DNA from: Eledone cirrhosa
Taxonomy: Eukaryota
Assembly: GCA_964016885.1 (NCBI GenBank)
Contig: OZ024754.1
Coordinates: forward strand, 22,444,001-22,508,000
DNA: 64,000 nt
Direction of reading: 5' to 3'
The position numbers and the translations under genes were made by a program. The notes under the pieces are model-generated. The model was given only the letters and a program-made list of their open reading frames with translations, ran no database searches and had not been told where the DNA came from. Shown one piece after another: positions 40,306 through 54,130 of this stretch (its first letter is position 1; the number at the start of each line of letters is the position of its first letter).

Positions 40306-42410
40306 GGGTGTCTTATTAGAAAATTACGTCTCACAGAGGAATTCTTTGACAAGGAGAATAACGACCAATCAATTGTACGGAATAAAAGCAGCCACAACCC
40401 AACAAAAGGTAGAAACAGAGTTCTAGACAAATTTTGTGTCCACATAGCTACTTTCCCATATCATGAACTACCGCAACCTAAACCCAAACCCAACACGAGT
40501 TGAAGGGAATGGGAGATTATCCATGAACTAAAAAACAATACAGACATTATAATTAAGGAAGCGGACAACGGAAGTACTGTTGTCATTATGGATGCTGAAA
40601 AATATAAAAATTCTATGTTCTCTCTCTTACAAAATACTAATTACTATGAAAGAGTAAAAGACTACCAGCAATCAAAAACAATGACCAGATTAAACACACT
40701 GATTTGTCGATACCAGGAAGACTTAACTAAAAAGGAACGCGATTATTTAACACATTTTGAATACAAAACCAGCAACCTTTACGGACTTCCGAAGATCCCA
40801 AAGTGTAAAATAATTAACGATGCCTGTAAACAATCCACCTCAGCCTGCGTGAACACACAATACCCCACAGACCTTAAATTAAGACCAATTGTAGCGGGCC
40901 CACAATGTGAAACACACAGACTGAGCAACTTTATAGACATACTACTAAAACCAATTCTCAAACACATACCAAGCCTTGTAAGAGACGATCTGGACCTCTT
41001 AAACCACCTCCCCAAACATGTCAACAACGACACTATTATTGTGTCTTTCGATGTAGTGAATCTCTACGCAACGATCCCACACTAATACGGACTATAAGCA
41101 ATAGGATTATGGTTAGAGAAATATCCCAATGAGATACCTGGCAGAATAGAAAAAAGCTTCATCACCGAGAGATTAAAATTTATCTTACAGAACAACTTTT
41201 TTTATTTCGATGGCAGTACTTACAAGCAAATATCGGGGACTGCGATGGGTACAAAAGCCGCTCCAACTTATGCCAACTTAGTCATGGCATACTTAGAAGT
41301 CCAGATATATAAACAGTCCAAATCAAAATACGGATTGAACTTTCACAAATATTTATAAGGGAATTGGAAACGCTACTTGGATGATTGTCTCATTCTTTGG
41401 TCCCACACACTCGACCAACTGAATTATTTCAAACATTTAATTAACGGCATCAATAACCACATCCAATTCACAATGGAATACAGTCAAGATCAACTCCCAT
41501 TTTTGGACATCTTAATCTTAAAAAAAGACACAAATATTGAAACAGACATACACTACAAACCAACAAATTCCAAACAATACCTGCAAAGCACACGAAGACG
41601 AACATTCCTTTTAACCTAGCAAGAAGAATTTGCACAATTGTCTCCAATTATGAAACGCGAAATAAAAGACTTCAAGAATTAAAGGAAATTCTACTCGAAA
41701 GACAGTACCCACCATTACTAATAAATAATGGAATAGAAAGGGCTAAAGCAATAGGCATTGATGAATTACGAAAACAGAAACAAATTCAAGGTACATCCAA
41801 TATTCTATCATATATCTCAACACACAACCCAAGAAATGCGGACGCTTACAACACTATTCACAAGAACATTCCACTATTGAAACAAGACCCAAGAATGAAA
41901 AAAGCCCTTGAAACACACAAAATAATCAAAAGCAAAAGACAACCGAAATCACTGAAAACATTACTCACCAATGCCAAATTACCTACCACAAACCCACAAC
42001 CAACTGTCAAAAAATGTGGTCGCTCTAATTGTGGAATCTGCACTCACCTCATTGAAGGCAACACGTATACATTTCAATCAGGACAAAATTTTTTTGTAAA
42101 AAATCACTTCACTTGCTCATCAAAAAATCTAATTTATGTCATTAAATGTAAAGGATGCAATGAATATTATATAGGACAAACTAAATTCACACTCAGAAAC
42201 AGAATGACAGTTCATCGCCAACAATTACGAGATCCAACCACGAGACAGATACCACTAAGCGCACATCTAGACATATGCGCAAGTAATAAGACACTTAAAT
42301 TCCAAGTCTTCCCATTTTACCTTTGCGTTGACAATACAACAGAACAAATACGAATAAATAAGGAAAATATGTTTATTCAAAAATATAGACCAGCATTAAA
42401 TATGGTTTAA
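40306..42410 (+). pseudogene. PLE D RT + Cys-linker + GIY-YIG, with stops and a frameshift
   Basis: IIIKEADNGSTVV; YGLPKI; LRPIVAGP; SFDVVNLYATIPH; GTAMGTKAAPTYANL; WKRYLDD; LPFLDI; CGRSNCGIC; NLIYVIKCKGCNEYYIGQT..RMTVH. Confidence 0.93.
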
Positions 42411-43672
42411 TATACATTATGTCAACACCATAACATGCTAACCATCCAAACAGACACATACACACACACATAGCACCTTCTACTTTAGAAAATAAAAACC
42501 CGAACTAAATAAACCTTAACATACGTTTGCGCTGACAATACAACAGAACAAATACGAATAAATAAGGAAAATATGTTCATTCAAAAATATTTCTACTAAC
42601 GGAATCATTTTCCTACACACACACACACAGACACACAAAATATATATTCTCTTCATCTTAACATGCTAACCATACTCCCCCCCCCCCCCCACACACACAA
42701 CTCCCTCCCCCATTTATATTAATAGAATCACTTTCCTACACACATACACACACATAAAATATATTCTCTCCATCTTAACATACTCCCCCCCCAGACACAC
42801 ATAACACCCATATACACACACACACAACTCCCTCCCTCATTTCTACTAATAGAATCATCTTCCTACACACATACACACACACAAGCACACAAATAAACAT
42901 ACATATCTCTACTTTCTTTATTTCAATAGAAAGTTTGAATTCTGACACCCCAGCGAACCAGCCATATTCACTGAACCAGAACAATTCTCCCATCCCATTT
43001 CTCTTGACCATTATCTTTTGTTTGTCATAAAATTCTCTAAAAGGCTACAAAATAAATTCCCAAATTAGGGCGGGAAATTTAATGAACTTGTTCACGTGAC
43101 AACCATAATTTCATTTATAACCAATCAATTTACATTTATTAAAAAAAAGCCTTCGTGAGCCACTTTTTTTAAAAAATTGAAACAAACTGACGCGAAAGCT
43201 GATGTGTTTATTCACATGACTGCATCAACCAACCAAACTTCACACATATATGAAAAAACAACCTGAGCCCCCCCCCCCCCCCCCGCCACCGTTGTTTGAA
43301 GAACTTTGTAACGCGAACTGGCGCGAAATTTATTATACTTATTGACCAACTAATCAAATTACTTCTCTAAAAACCTAGCGTTTCGAGCCACTTTTTTCCA
43401 TATAAAACAAGTAACATTCAAAGACCAACCAGATGTGAGAAAAACCACAGACTCTCCTTCTCAACTCTACTTTTGAAAAGCAGAACTGCGAAACCGGTAA
43501 AGGAACCAAATAAATATATATATTTAAAAAAAAAATAAGACTTCAGTTGCATTTTCGATTACATCTGTTTTTCTTTATATATATATATATATGTATATAT
43601 ATATGTATATATATATGTATATATATATATATACACACACACATATATATATACATATATATATATACATAT

Positions 43673-43734
<62 letters not shown>

Positions 43735-43765
43735 ATATGTATATATATATATGTATATATATATG

Positions 43766-43821
<56 letters not shown>

Positions 43822-43861
43822 CACTTATATATTATATATATATATGTATATATATATATGC

Positions 43862-43914
<53 letters not shown>

Positions 43915-43916
<2 letters not shown>

Positions 43917-45300
43917 GTTAAAGAGTGAAGAATAACATGGTCAACAGTGCAAAAAGGGTTTTATTTGCAGTATTAACAATTGTTTCATTGGTTAAGTTGT
44001 CTTAAAATTGCTAATCACTTGAAGTTGTGTCACTCAATTTTAAATAAGATGTATGCTGAACCAAATCATCAGAAAAAACTGTTTTAAATTATTCACAACG
44101 TTTGCAAATTCAAATTACAACAACATTAATAAAGAAAGAAAAAGAACAAGATGAAAAAAGAAAAAGATAGAGAGAAAAAAAGAGAAAGAAAGAAAGAATA
44201 AAAAGAAGAATAAAGAAAAGATGAATAATAATAATAATAAAAAATGATAAAAAATAAATTAAAAAATGTTGTATGTGTGAGAAGGAAATGAACATAATAT
44301 GATTGTTGATTGTTGAAAATATTTGTGCTGTTGGTGGTTAAAATATAAAGATATGATAGTATAAACATGAAAGTATTAAATATATTCATATATGTATTAT
44401 TTAAATTAATACATTGATGAATTGGAAGTTATATTAGAAGTGAAGATAATACGATCGGTAATATTGTAAGAGATGAAATATATTTAGGAAAAGAAATTGA
44501 AAGATAGAAAATGAAAGAGAGAAAATATAATAGGTTATGATGTTGATTCATTGGCAGTTAATAACAATAATAACAGCAATGATGATAATGGGTTATTATA
44601 ATAGACTCAGGTGGTATAATTTGAATTATGGAATTGTTGGGTCCAATCAAGTTGATTTGAAATTATTGAATGTATTCGCTACATTATGACTACAGAAAAT
44701 TGACTGTTCAATTTTGCTGTTAAGCAGCATTTTGTCATATTTTAAAATATGGAATAGTTCCATATTACAAAGTCTACAATGAGACATACCAATTTTGTAG
44801 GCCATTGCTCCTGACAATTTAGACCAGTTAATCCTGTATTCTTGATTTGTATCTTTGAGCTGCCCGATTTTATTGGCGAGCGTTGTTGTATTCATTAGTT
44901 TACGTTTTTTTATAGAATGTCTGTGGACGTACCAACGTTTTTTTAACTCCCACGCCATAGAACCTATGTAGTGCCATGCTAAGTTGCCTGAATTTATAGT
45001 ACATAGGTACACTATATTAGATTCAAGGCATTTATTTTGTAGTGGGCACTTATCCGGTAAGTAACAGTTACATTTTGAGGCCTTCCTATGTGCCGGTTCA
45101 GCGATGCGGTTTTGTATGTTGTTATGTATGGGCTGAGATTTGGGTTTGTTTATGTATTGTTGTGATGTGTTCTGACGTGTGTGTGGTTGTGATGTTGTTA
45201 TGTGAATGTGTTTTGTATTTGGTGTTATGGTGTTTGTTTGTAGGCTATTTGTATTAGAAATTCTTTTAATTTTCTGTATGTGTGATTCTTACCGGATAAG
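43915..45300 (-). mobile_element. PLE 'E': GIY-YIG C-terminus + 3'UTR
   Basis: CPLQNKCL..IVYLC..HYIGS..KKRWYVH..CRLCNME..CSH (44647-45060). Confidence 0.85.
43968..44081 (-). ncRNA. Hammerhead ribozyme with about 79-nt helix II (PLE E)
   Basis: CUGAUGA-U UUGGUU...UAAAAUUG...CAAUUUUA...AACCAA U-GAAAC AAUU GUU-AAUACUG, then AATAAA. Stem I is imperfect. Confidence 0.7.
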
Positions 45301-45321
45301 TATACACCAAATACACATAAA

Positions 45322-45399
<78 letters not shown>

Positions 45400-46411
45400 T
45401 TAAAACAATGAAATAAAAAATCAAGTCATTAGAAATATACTTCACTGTTTTACGATCGTTTCTAGGTGATGATAATACATCGTAACTATACTTCGATATC
45501 GATCTATGTAAGGTTAGTTACAAAATATCAGATAAAGAGAATATTTACTTACATGCATATCACCAGCTGTTGTCAAAAGCAATAATAATTTTATTCAAAA
45601 TTAGTAGTAAATTAGTATTATGTTTAGTTCTATGCCCTTGTTTGGAGGTAGTTGAAGAACTAACCAATCAGATTGTTTTATTCCATATGATGTTAAGATG
45701 AAAAATAATTCACTTTAGTTGAGGTCATGACTCTTTGAAAGAAATGGTTGAATGGTGTTAATAACAGAATTGCCATAAAAAATCTATTAGGAAGAAAGGG
45801 ATTGTCAAATTGATAGTTGAATGTATCTGGGATAGTGAGGTTTAAAAGGAATGTAAAAATTAAATGTTGAGTTGTGTTGTATGGAGTTTTTAGGTGAATA
45901 TAAATTAAGGTCATGGCTAGGAAAGATAGTATATTAAAAGATGAAAATTATAATAAGATAATGAAATACAGAAATACAATAATATAATAATATAATAATA
46001 TAATGTAACATAATATAGTATGGTGTGGTAAATTGTACTTAGTATAATACAGCGTTTGATACGCCTTAAAATACCTTCATGTATGTTTATGTATAAATAA
46101 TCAAACTCAGATAAATACATGTTGACATAGTCAAAACGCAGAAATTTCATAGATCACAAAGTGCATATACCCATATTATAGATAGAGGTATAGTTATATT
46201 GATACTCAACTAAAAATACACATACACATAAATAGATGCAAATATATACATACATCTATACATGTGCATACAATCATATACACATATATCTATATATATA
46301 TACATTTACATATACACACCTATACACACATATATATATATGTATGTACACACACATATATGTACACACACATATAAACACTCATACACATATACTCGCA
46401 TATACTCGCAT

Positions 46412-46453
<42 letters not shown>

Positions 46454-46669
46454 TCCCATATCATAGATACATAGATACATATTTACTCATGCAATTACGG
46501 GTGGTTGTGTACCTTGTTGCCCTTAGTCAGTAACGCATAAATCTAAGCAAGCTAAAACATTAAAAGGTAAGAAATAAGCATGAATGTGTATAATTAGGAG
46601 AAAGGGATACTAACAAATGTTACGCCATATAGAATTATAGTGTGTTGCTATTTAGAATATTTAATTAGT

Positions 46670-48487
46670 ATTTAAATGTTTTTCGTATACGGTGATTACA
46701 AACTATAATCAGTTCCTGTCTTTTATTCAATAAATCGTCCTTAGATTTAGTAATTTCCAAGATCTCCCCTGAACATAACCTGCATTCCCTCCTGTTCCCA
46801 AGATATGGAGTTCTTTGTAGAATGGTGTTTCATGATAGCTTGAAATCTATTTTTTTCTTTTTATAGTTATTTACTGCTTCAGTTAAAGATGTGATGTTAG
46901 CTAGTTTAGTATTGTTAAAACTACTAGAGTGTGCGTAAAATCTTTTCTTAAATGTGTTTGATGTAGATCCTATATATGTTTTGTTGGAGTCAGTAGTAGA
47001 AACAGTGCATTTATATATTACATTATTAATCAAACAGTTGCCATTTAAGGGGCAAATGCTTCTATTTCTGCAATTACAACCATACGTAAGATGGTTGTTG
47101 GGGGTACCTATACCATTCTCATTAATCCTTGAGCTATTCCTATTGTAATTAATGTTAGTGGGTGGTTTAGTGCTAGGGTTGTATTGTGATTTTGTGTTCT
47201 GTTGTTTTTGTGTTGGTGATTTGGGTGGTTGTGTTTTCCAGGTTGAAGGATTGTATTATTTGTCCTTTTAAAAGGTGCAGTCCTATTTAAATTATGTTGT
47301 GGTGGTGTGGTCATATTATTTTTAATTTTATAAATGTTGTAGTTGCTTATTTTTTGCTGGAGATTGTTTGATGTAGAGTATGAGAATTTAACAGTATACC
47401 TGTTAAATATTTGGTGGTAGCTGTGATTTGGTGGAAAATGTTTATGTAGAATTTCGAAGAATTTTGGGGGGATTTGTCCAATAGTTTGCAGGTTGAAGGG
47501 TGCGTTGTACCATGTTATGTTTCCTTTGCGGTTTTTAGTTAAGTTCTTATTACCACTTATATTATTGTGCTGTGTTTTAGAAGAATTCCTATGGTTAGTA
47601 TTCGTATTTGTGGAATTTGGTAAACTACCGTGGTTGTATTTGGTTTTATTATTGGGTAGATTATGAGATTTTGAATGCTTGGTATTCATATGTGAGTTGA
47701 TAACATTGGCCATAGATCGTGTAGTAATAGTTGTTGTGGTTTTTCGGTTGTTTGGTGTAATAGGATTAACCCCTTTAGGTATTTGTTTCAATGGTTTTTT
47801 TGGTGTTTGTAGTTTTTGCTAGGTTTTATATTTTGGTCCATAGTAGTGTTGGGGATATATGAGATTTTTTCTTTATATCCACTTCTAGTTAAGGCCTCGT
47901 TGTAGAAGGGTGCATTATTATAAAATATATCTTCATTGGAAGATAATTTAGAAAGTCTAAGAGATATGTTATATACTAAGTTTTTTAGTATAGAGCCAGG
48001 GTGGTTAGAGCGTGAATGTACATAGTGTAGATTCTGGTTGGGTTTGTGGTAAGGTTGATAAATATTCGTAGAGAGGTCTAAGGTAACGTCAAGGAAATTA
48101 GCTACTTTTGAAGTGTTTTCAAAGGTGATGTTAAGGTTGTAGTAGTCCTTGAGGAATTTTCTAATTTGTTTTTTGTTTTTCTCTATATTGGAATTGCTAA
48201 GATTGTTAGATAACAATAGACAATCATCCCGATAAAGACCACCTTTGAGGTGGGGAAAAGAGGAATGAATATTATAGAGGAGAAATAGTCCAACGAGGTC
48301 TGTAACTTGAGCAGAGTCCATGGATCCCATCGTAATATCGAATAAGTTGTTATATGTGTTTCTTGTCCAGTGTTCTTCTTGGAAGTTTAGTAAGGTTTAT
48401 CTAGCGTATATCTGATCTATTTCTGGCGAAGATCAGTGCTTTGTTTAAAAGAATTGGAGAAATCGAAGAATAGTAAAAATTGATGTC
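46670..48487 (-). pseudogene. PLE I RT/GIY-YIG remnant (related to PLE B)
   Basis: MGSMDSAQVTDLVGLF..GGLYRDDCLL..NFLDVTL..SNHP; ITWYNAPFN; CNC.CPLNGNCLINNVIYKC..YIGST. Confidence 0.92.
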
Positions 48488-48548
48488 GTATCAAACGCTG
48501 TATTATACTAAGTACAACTTACCACACCGTACTATATTGTGTTACATT

Positions 48549-48735
48549 GCGGTGGATTGGCAGTATCGGTCGAGGGTCGGACGCCATGCTTTCCAGCATA
48601 GTTACGTCCCTTTACGATCTGAGTTCAAATCCCGCCGAGGTTGACTTTGCCTTTCATCCTTACGGGGTCGATAAAATAAAGTACTAGTAATGCACTGCGT
48701 AATTGCTGGCCTTGTGCCTAATGTAGAAACAATTA
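48549..48735 (+). mobile_element. tRNA-derived SINE, full length
   Basis: A box TGGCAGTATCGG, B box GAGTTCAAATCC, central domain and AAACAATTATATTATT tail. Absent from the mirror arm (about 46005). Confidence 0.9.
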
Positions 48736-49452
48736 TATTATTATATTATTGCATTTCTGTATTTCATTATCTTATTATAATTTTCATCTTTTAATATACT
48801 ATCTTTCCTAGCCATGACCTTAATTTATATTCACCTAAAAACTCCATACAACACAACTCAACATTTAATTTTTACATTCCTTTTAAACTTCACTATACCA
48901 GATACATTCAACTATCAATTTGACAATCCCTTTCTTCCTAATAGATTTTTTATGGCAATTCTGTTATTAACACCATTCAACCATTCCTTTCAAAGGGTCA
49001 TGGCCTCAACTAAAGTGAATTATTTTTCCTCTTAACATCATATGGAATAAAACAATCTGATTGGTTAGTTCTTCAACTACCTCCAAACAAGGGCATAGAA
49101 CTAAACATAATACTAATTTACTACTAATTTTGAATACAATTATTATTGCTTTTGACAACAGCTGGTGATATGCATGTAAGTAAATATTTTCTTTATCTGA
49201 TATTTTGTAACTAACCTTACATAGATCGATATCGAAGTATAGTTACGATCATCACCTAGAAACGATCGTAAAGCAGTGAAGTATATTTCTAATGACTTGA
49301 TTTTTTATTTCATTGTTTTAACTTATATCATGACTCTGTTTTCCTTTAATGTTTTATTCTTTTCCGGGATTTATTTTAACCTACAACATTTTCAACATAT
49401 GGATTACATTGAGTTCTTCATGCAGACTAGACCCCACAACTTACCGTGGATA

Positions 49453-49527
<75 letters not shown>

Positions 49528-50503
49528 TATATACATGCGTGTGTGTGCGCGCACGTATTTACATGTGGGTGTGTGTGCTCGCGCGTTATATACGTATTTA
49601 TGTGTGTATATTTATATACGTTTATATAATTATATGTATACGCACACACACACACACACATGTATATATATATTTTATATATATATATTTTTTTTTTAAT
49701 ATATATGTTTTATGTGTATTTGGTGTATACGTTGGTATGTGTGCGGGTACATGCGTTGCGTGGGTTTTTGTATGTGTGCGCTTGGTTTTGTGTACGTGCC
49801 TGTATTTGCATACCCATGGCGGGTGTTTCCGCGTATGCATGTGTATGTACGTACATGGATGCGTGCATCTATAAATTTAATTATTTTTGATTTCAATAAC
49901 GTCTGTAATTTATTTACATTATTCTTAACTCTGAAGCCGAGAATCATTCGGTTTCCTAAATAGAATTTTAGTCTACGACTTCAGTTATACCATAAACGTG
50001 GTTTTGTCTTGCGTGTAATTGTTCTCACCGCTCCACATAACGACGTATTATCTTCGTGTTTTCCATTCATTGCCAGGGAACGTCTCCACGAACCATCTAA
50101 TAGAATATCAGTCTACGACTTCATTTATACCATGAACGTGGTTTTGTCTTTGCGTGTAATTGTTTTCACCCTAATCTCTCTCTATATTTCTTTTGACTTA
50201 TATACCCCCCCCCTACAATTTACCATACCTTTATACATACATAACTTTATCCTTAACCCAGATCACTTTTTAACTATATACCCTTATCCAGATCTCATCA
50301 CAAACACTTACCCTCTTTTACACCCCCTTTCTCCCTTACCTGTTTTTTTTATTAATAGTTTTTATTATTTTCTTTCACTCTTACTTACCCACTACGTTTT
50401 TAAATGTACTCACTTAAGGTTGTATCTGGGCGCTTATGCAGACAGACTTATGTGTACTTACATATTTACGTGTTTTTATTTATATGTATGTGCGTGTGTG
50501 TAT

Positions 50504-50534
<31 letters not shown>

Positions 50535-50537
<3 letters not shown>

Positions 50538-51018
50538 GTATATATTACACAAAGAGAAGTGTGTTACACAGTGAGATGTGTGTAAAGAATTATTACGAGT
50601 GGTTTTACCGTTACTGTATCGGGAACAACATCTACAGGTTAGCAATTAAATAGAAAAAAACCAATTCAGAATCAAATATCTGGATTAGAGTTTTAAATCA
50701 CAAACCTTATAACTATATTTTGCTGATACGAATCTCGTTCGTTTCACCACCTATATGTGAAGTATATCAGGTCACAGGATCCTCAGTCAGCAAATGCGAG
50801 CACTGAACACTACACATCTAACCTCATGGATAGAGAGATTGCTAATAGACACGCTGGCCATATATATATACAGTGATCTTCCAACCTTCATTGGTATTTC
50901 ATCGCTTTAAAGACCATACACCTCCGGTTGGTGCGAGCAACAGCACTCCTATCTCCTCTCCTATCTCCTATCTCCTCTCCTATCTCCATCTCTCTCTTTA
51001 AGATTGGTTACACTTGAA

Positions 51019-51055
<37 letters not shown>

Positions 51056-51720
51056 AATATATTACACAGAGAGAAGTGTGTTACACAGTGAGATGTGTGT
51101 AAAAAATTATTACATGTGAGTTTAACCGTTACTGTATGGAGAACAATACCTACAGGTTAGCAATTAAATAGAAAAAAACTAAGTCAGAATCAAATCTCTG
51201 AAGTAGAGTTTTAAATTACTAACCTTATAGCGTTAATCTTGCTGATCCGAATTTAGTTCGTTTCACCACCGAAATGTGCGGTATAACAGCCCATAGGATC
51301 ATCAGTCAGCAAGTATGGGTACTGTCCACCACACATCTAGCCTAATGGATAGAGAGAAAGCTAATAACACGCTGCCCAGAGTAGGGCGAAATCACGTGTT
51401 ATGTGCACCAGATAACGGCTCTCTTGAATTAGGCTAGATGTGTGGTGGACAGTACCCATACTTGCTGACTGATGATCCTATGGGCTGTTATACCGCACAT
51501 TTCGGTGGTGAAACGAACTAAATTCGGATCAGCAAGATTATAGTTATAAGGTTAGTAATTTAAAACTCTACTTCAGAGATTTGATTCTGACTTAGGTTTT
51601 GTTCTATTTAATTGCTAACCTGTAGGTATTGTTCTCCATATAGTAACGGTTAAACTCACATGTAATAATTTTTTACACATATCCCACTGTGTAACACACT
51701 TCTCTCTGTGTAATAAATTT
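50535..51720. mobile_element. ORF-less hammerhead-bearing repeat family 'J': two diverged direct copies plus one inverted copy
   Basis: 50535-50860 resembles 51055-51375. 51428-51720 is the reverse complement of about 51058-51345. Confidence 0.8.
50719..50794 (-). ncRNA. Type I hammerhead with full stem III (family J; further copies 51238-51312 - and 51461-51536 +)
   Basis: UUUGCUGA-CUGAGGA-...-GAAA CGAA CGAGA UUCG UA-UCAGCAAA. The other two copies have GGA at the cleavage triplet. Confidence 0.82.
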
Positions 51721-52745
51721 ATATTTGAGCCCAGATGAAAATTCTCTGTTCTTCTTCGAGCTATTATTATTATTACTGTGAACTGTGGAATACTTTAATT
51801 CCGATCTTTGTATATATATATATATATATATATAGATATATACATATATATATATATAAATTACACAATAATCAAAGCTGTGTTCAAATCATTTTATTGC
51901 TGACAATCGTTTCTTCCAAACAATCGTTTGGAATCATCGGTGCAGCAGCAATGTTTGTACATATAATTAACCTCCTATTCAACTGAACATATAGATACAC
52001 GGATATTAATGTTGTCAACAGTTTCGTACTTACAAGGTGAAATGGATGCGACATAGATTACAAAAGAATTGTACAATAATTAAAATTAAAAATTAAAAAT
52101 TATAAAGGTACAGAGTGGAATGCAAGCGACAGAGATTATAAGGGAATAGTATAACAATTAAAGAGGCATTAAGGTAGAAAGTTACTCGTAAAATGAAGAC
52201 ACTAGCAGTACATATGCAAGCGTTAAGAGAGTGCAAATGCATTAGTCATATATAGGAAGAAAACAAGCAATGGTATTAGGCATATATAATTTTTTGCAAG
52301 GCAAAGGTATCACATGAAATAAGCATATTAGGCAAAGCTGTTTTTGTATTAAAACTATGTGTTTATGGTGGATGTAGTGTGACTGTTGTTTCTGTAATGT
52401 TCAAATGTATATGTGCTGAGAGTATCAATGTTATTTTTATTTTTTCCATTACATTGTCTATGTTTTATTTTAGTGAATGTTTTTAATCAGTCACAGTCAT
52501 GGATTGTACACTGGTCCTATTATATTGCTATCAGGGTTTCAAGTTTCTGTGGAGTGATTTTACTAACGGTTTAATTTCCGGAAGTGAGTTTGATCTATAT
52601 TAAGAGGAGCTAATACGAAAGGGGAGGTAACTAGCGATTACATTGTATATGATAGGAATTAGAAAAATGTAAAGTTGTTTACAGCTCCAATCTGCTAAAA
52701 TCTTTGTGTTGATATACATTATATTACAAGTGAATCCCTTTTATA

Positions 52746-52860
52746 TAATTGTTTCTACGTTAGGCACAAGGCCAGCAATTACCCAGTGTATTACTGGTAC
52801 TTTATTTTATCGACCCCGTAAGGATGAAAGGCAAAGTTAACCTTGGCGGGATTTGAATCC
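52746..52860 (-). mobile_element. tRNA-derived SINE, 5'-truncated
   Basis: Matches the SINE 3' half; flanked by repeated GAATCCC(C)TTTTATATAAT (TSD-like). Confidence 0.85.
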
Positions 52861-53941
52861 CTTTTATATAATGCTATTAGTTTATATTTAATTTTGAATA
52901 GAATCTATTTTCCTATAATACATTAAAGGTCTCATTATATTGTTATCTATTCATTACTTAATAAAGTATAAGAAAGTTACAGGAAAAATGTATAGTTGTT
53001 TACAGGTCTAATTAGTTAAATCTCTTGTGCTATTAATATACATTATATTATGTTATAAGTGAATCCCATATATATAATGCTATTAATTTATATATTTAAT
53101 TACAAATATAATTTATTTTTCTATACTACATTAAGTGTCTCATCATATTATTATCTATCCATTACTAAATATAATATAAGCAAGCTATAGTGGTTATATT
53201 AAATGGTGTTAGCTTTGTGTTTATTCTAAATAGTTATTGTATAGTATAAAGTTAGAGAAAAAAGGAGTTAAGTAGAGTGATGAGCTGATCAAAGAGTGAG
53301 ATGCTGTGGGGGGTACTTATATGCCGATAATACCTAGAGGTGAGGTGTTAATGGTGGTGAGGAATTCAGATCTGACATTGTTATATATTAGCAGCTAGGT
53401 TTAAAGCAATGAAAAGAGTGTCGGTGGTAATGTTGGCACATTGAAAAACCTCTGACTTTCTATTTAGGAGGTCTAGCTTAGAATAGATTATTGTTCGGGT
53501 CTCTAGAAGACAGAGATTAAATAATTTATTTGGTGGTTTATACGATGCGGCCCTATCTACTATCTCCCATTGAAGTGTATATGGTTTATTCCTAGTTTTC
53601 AGAGAGTGTAGCTAGATAAAGAAGTGGAGTTGGCTAGATTGCGATTTTTGAAAGTGTGGAGATGCGAGTTATATCTCGTCTTGAAGCAGTTTGAAGTTGA
53701 ACCTATATGTTTTAGAAGAGTTGTTTGTGTTGACCCTGCATGAGTAAATGATGTCTTTGATTAAGCAATTTTTACCTAAGGGGCTAAGTTCTATTTGTTC
53801 TACAGTTACAGTTATTCTGGTTGTTTGCTTGCCGGTTACTATGTTGCGTAGATGCCTGGTTGTTAGGGATAGCATTAGGGTAATGATGGTTATCGTTCTC
53901 ATTGTTATTAATTTCATTAGTGCTATGAAGTGCTATTCATT

Positions 53942-54130
53942 GGCGGTGAATTGGCAGTATCGGTAGAGGGTTGGACGCCATGCTTTCTAGCATAGTTACG
54001 TCCCTTTACGGCCTGAGTTCAAATACTGCCGAGGTTAACTTTGCCTTTCATCCTTACGGGGTCGATAAAATAAAGTACCAGTAATGTACCGGGTAATTAC
54101 TGGCCTTGTGCCAAAAGTAGAAACAATTAA
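53942..54130 (+). mobile_element. tRNA-derived SINE with about 20-bp TSD
   Basis: Full SINE. ATTAATTTCATTAGTGCTAT occurs at about 53907 and about 54126. Confidence 0.9.

Larger units (their letters stand above)
38771..43575 (+). mobile_element. PLE 'D' (Neptune-like): near-complete ORF with inverted 5' arm
   Basis: 38771-40305 is the reverse complement of 42297-43515, apart from a SINE and microsatellite changes. (TA)n lies on both sides. Confidence 0.93.
45396..49458 (-). mobile_element. PLE 'I': fold-back with inverted 5' arm
   Basis: 48488-49325 is the reverse complement of 45396-46075, apart from a SINE. Hammerhead-like motif at 49145-49277 (stem I AUUGCUU/AAGCAGU, decayed core UUGACAA, GAAACGAUCGUA). 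Confidence 0.9.

Noticed and set aside
48549-48640. tRNA gene
   Set aside because: The A/B boxes belong to a SINE head. There is no cloverleaf, and multiple copies have TSDs.
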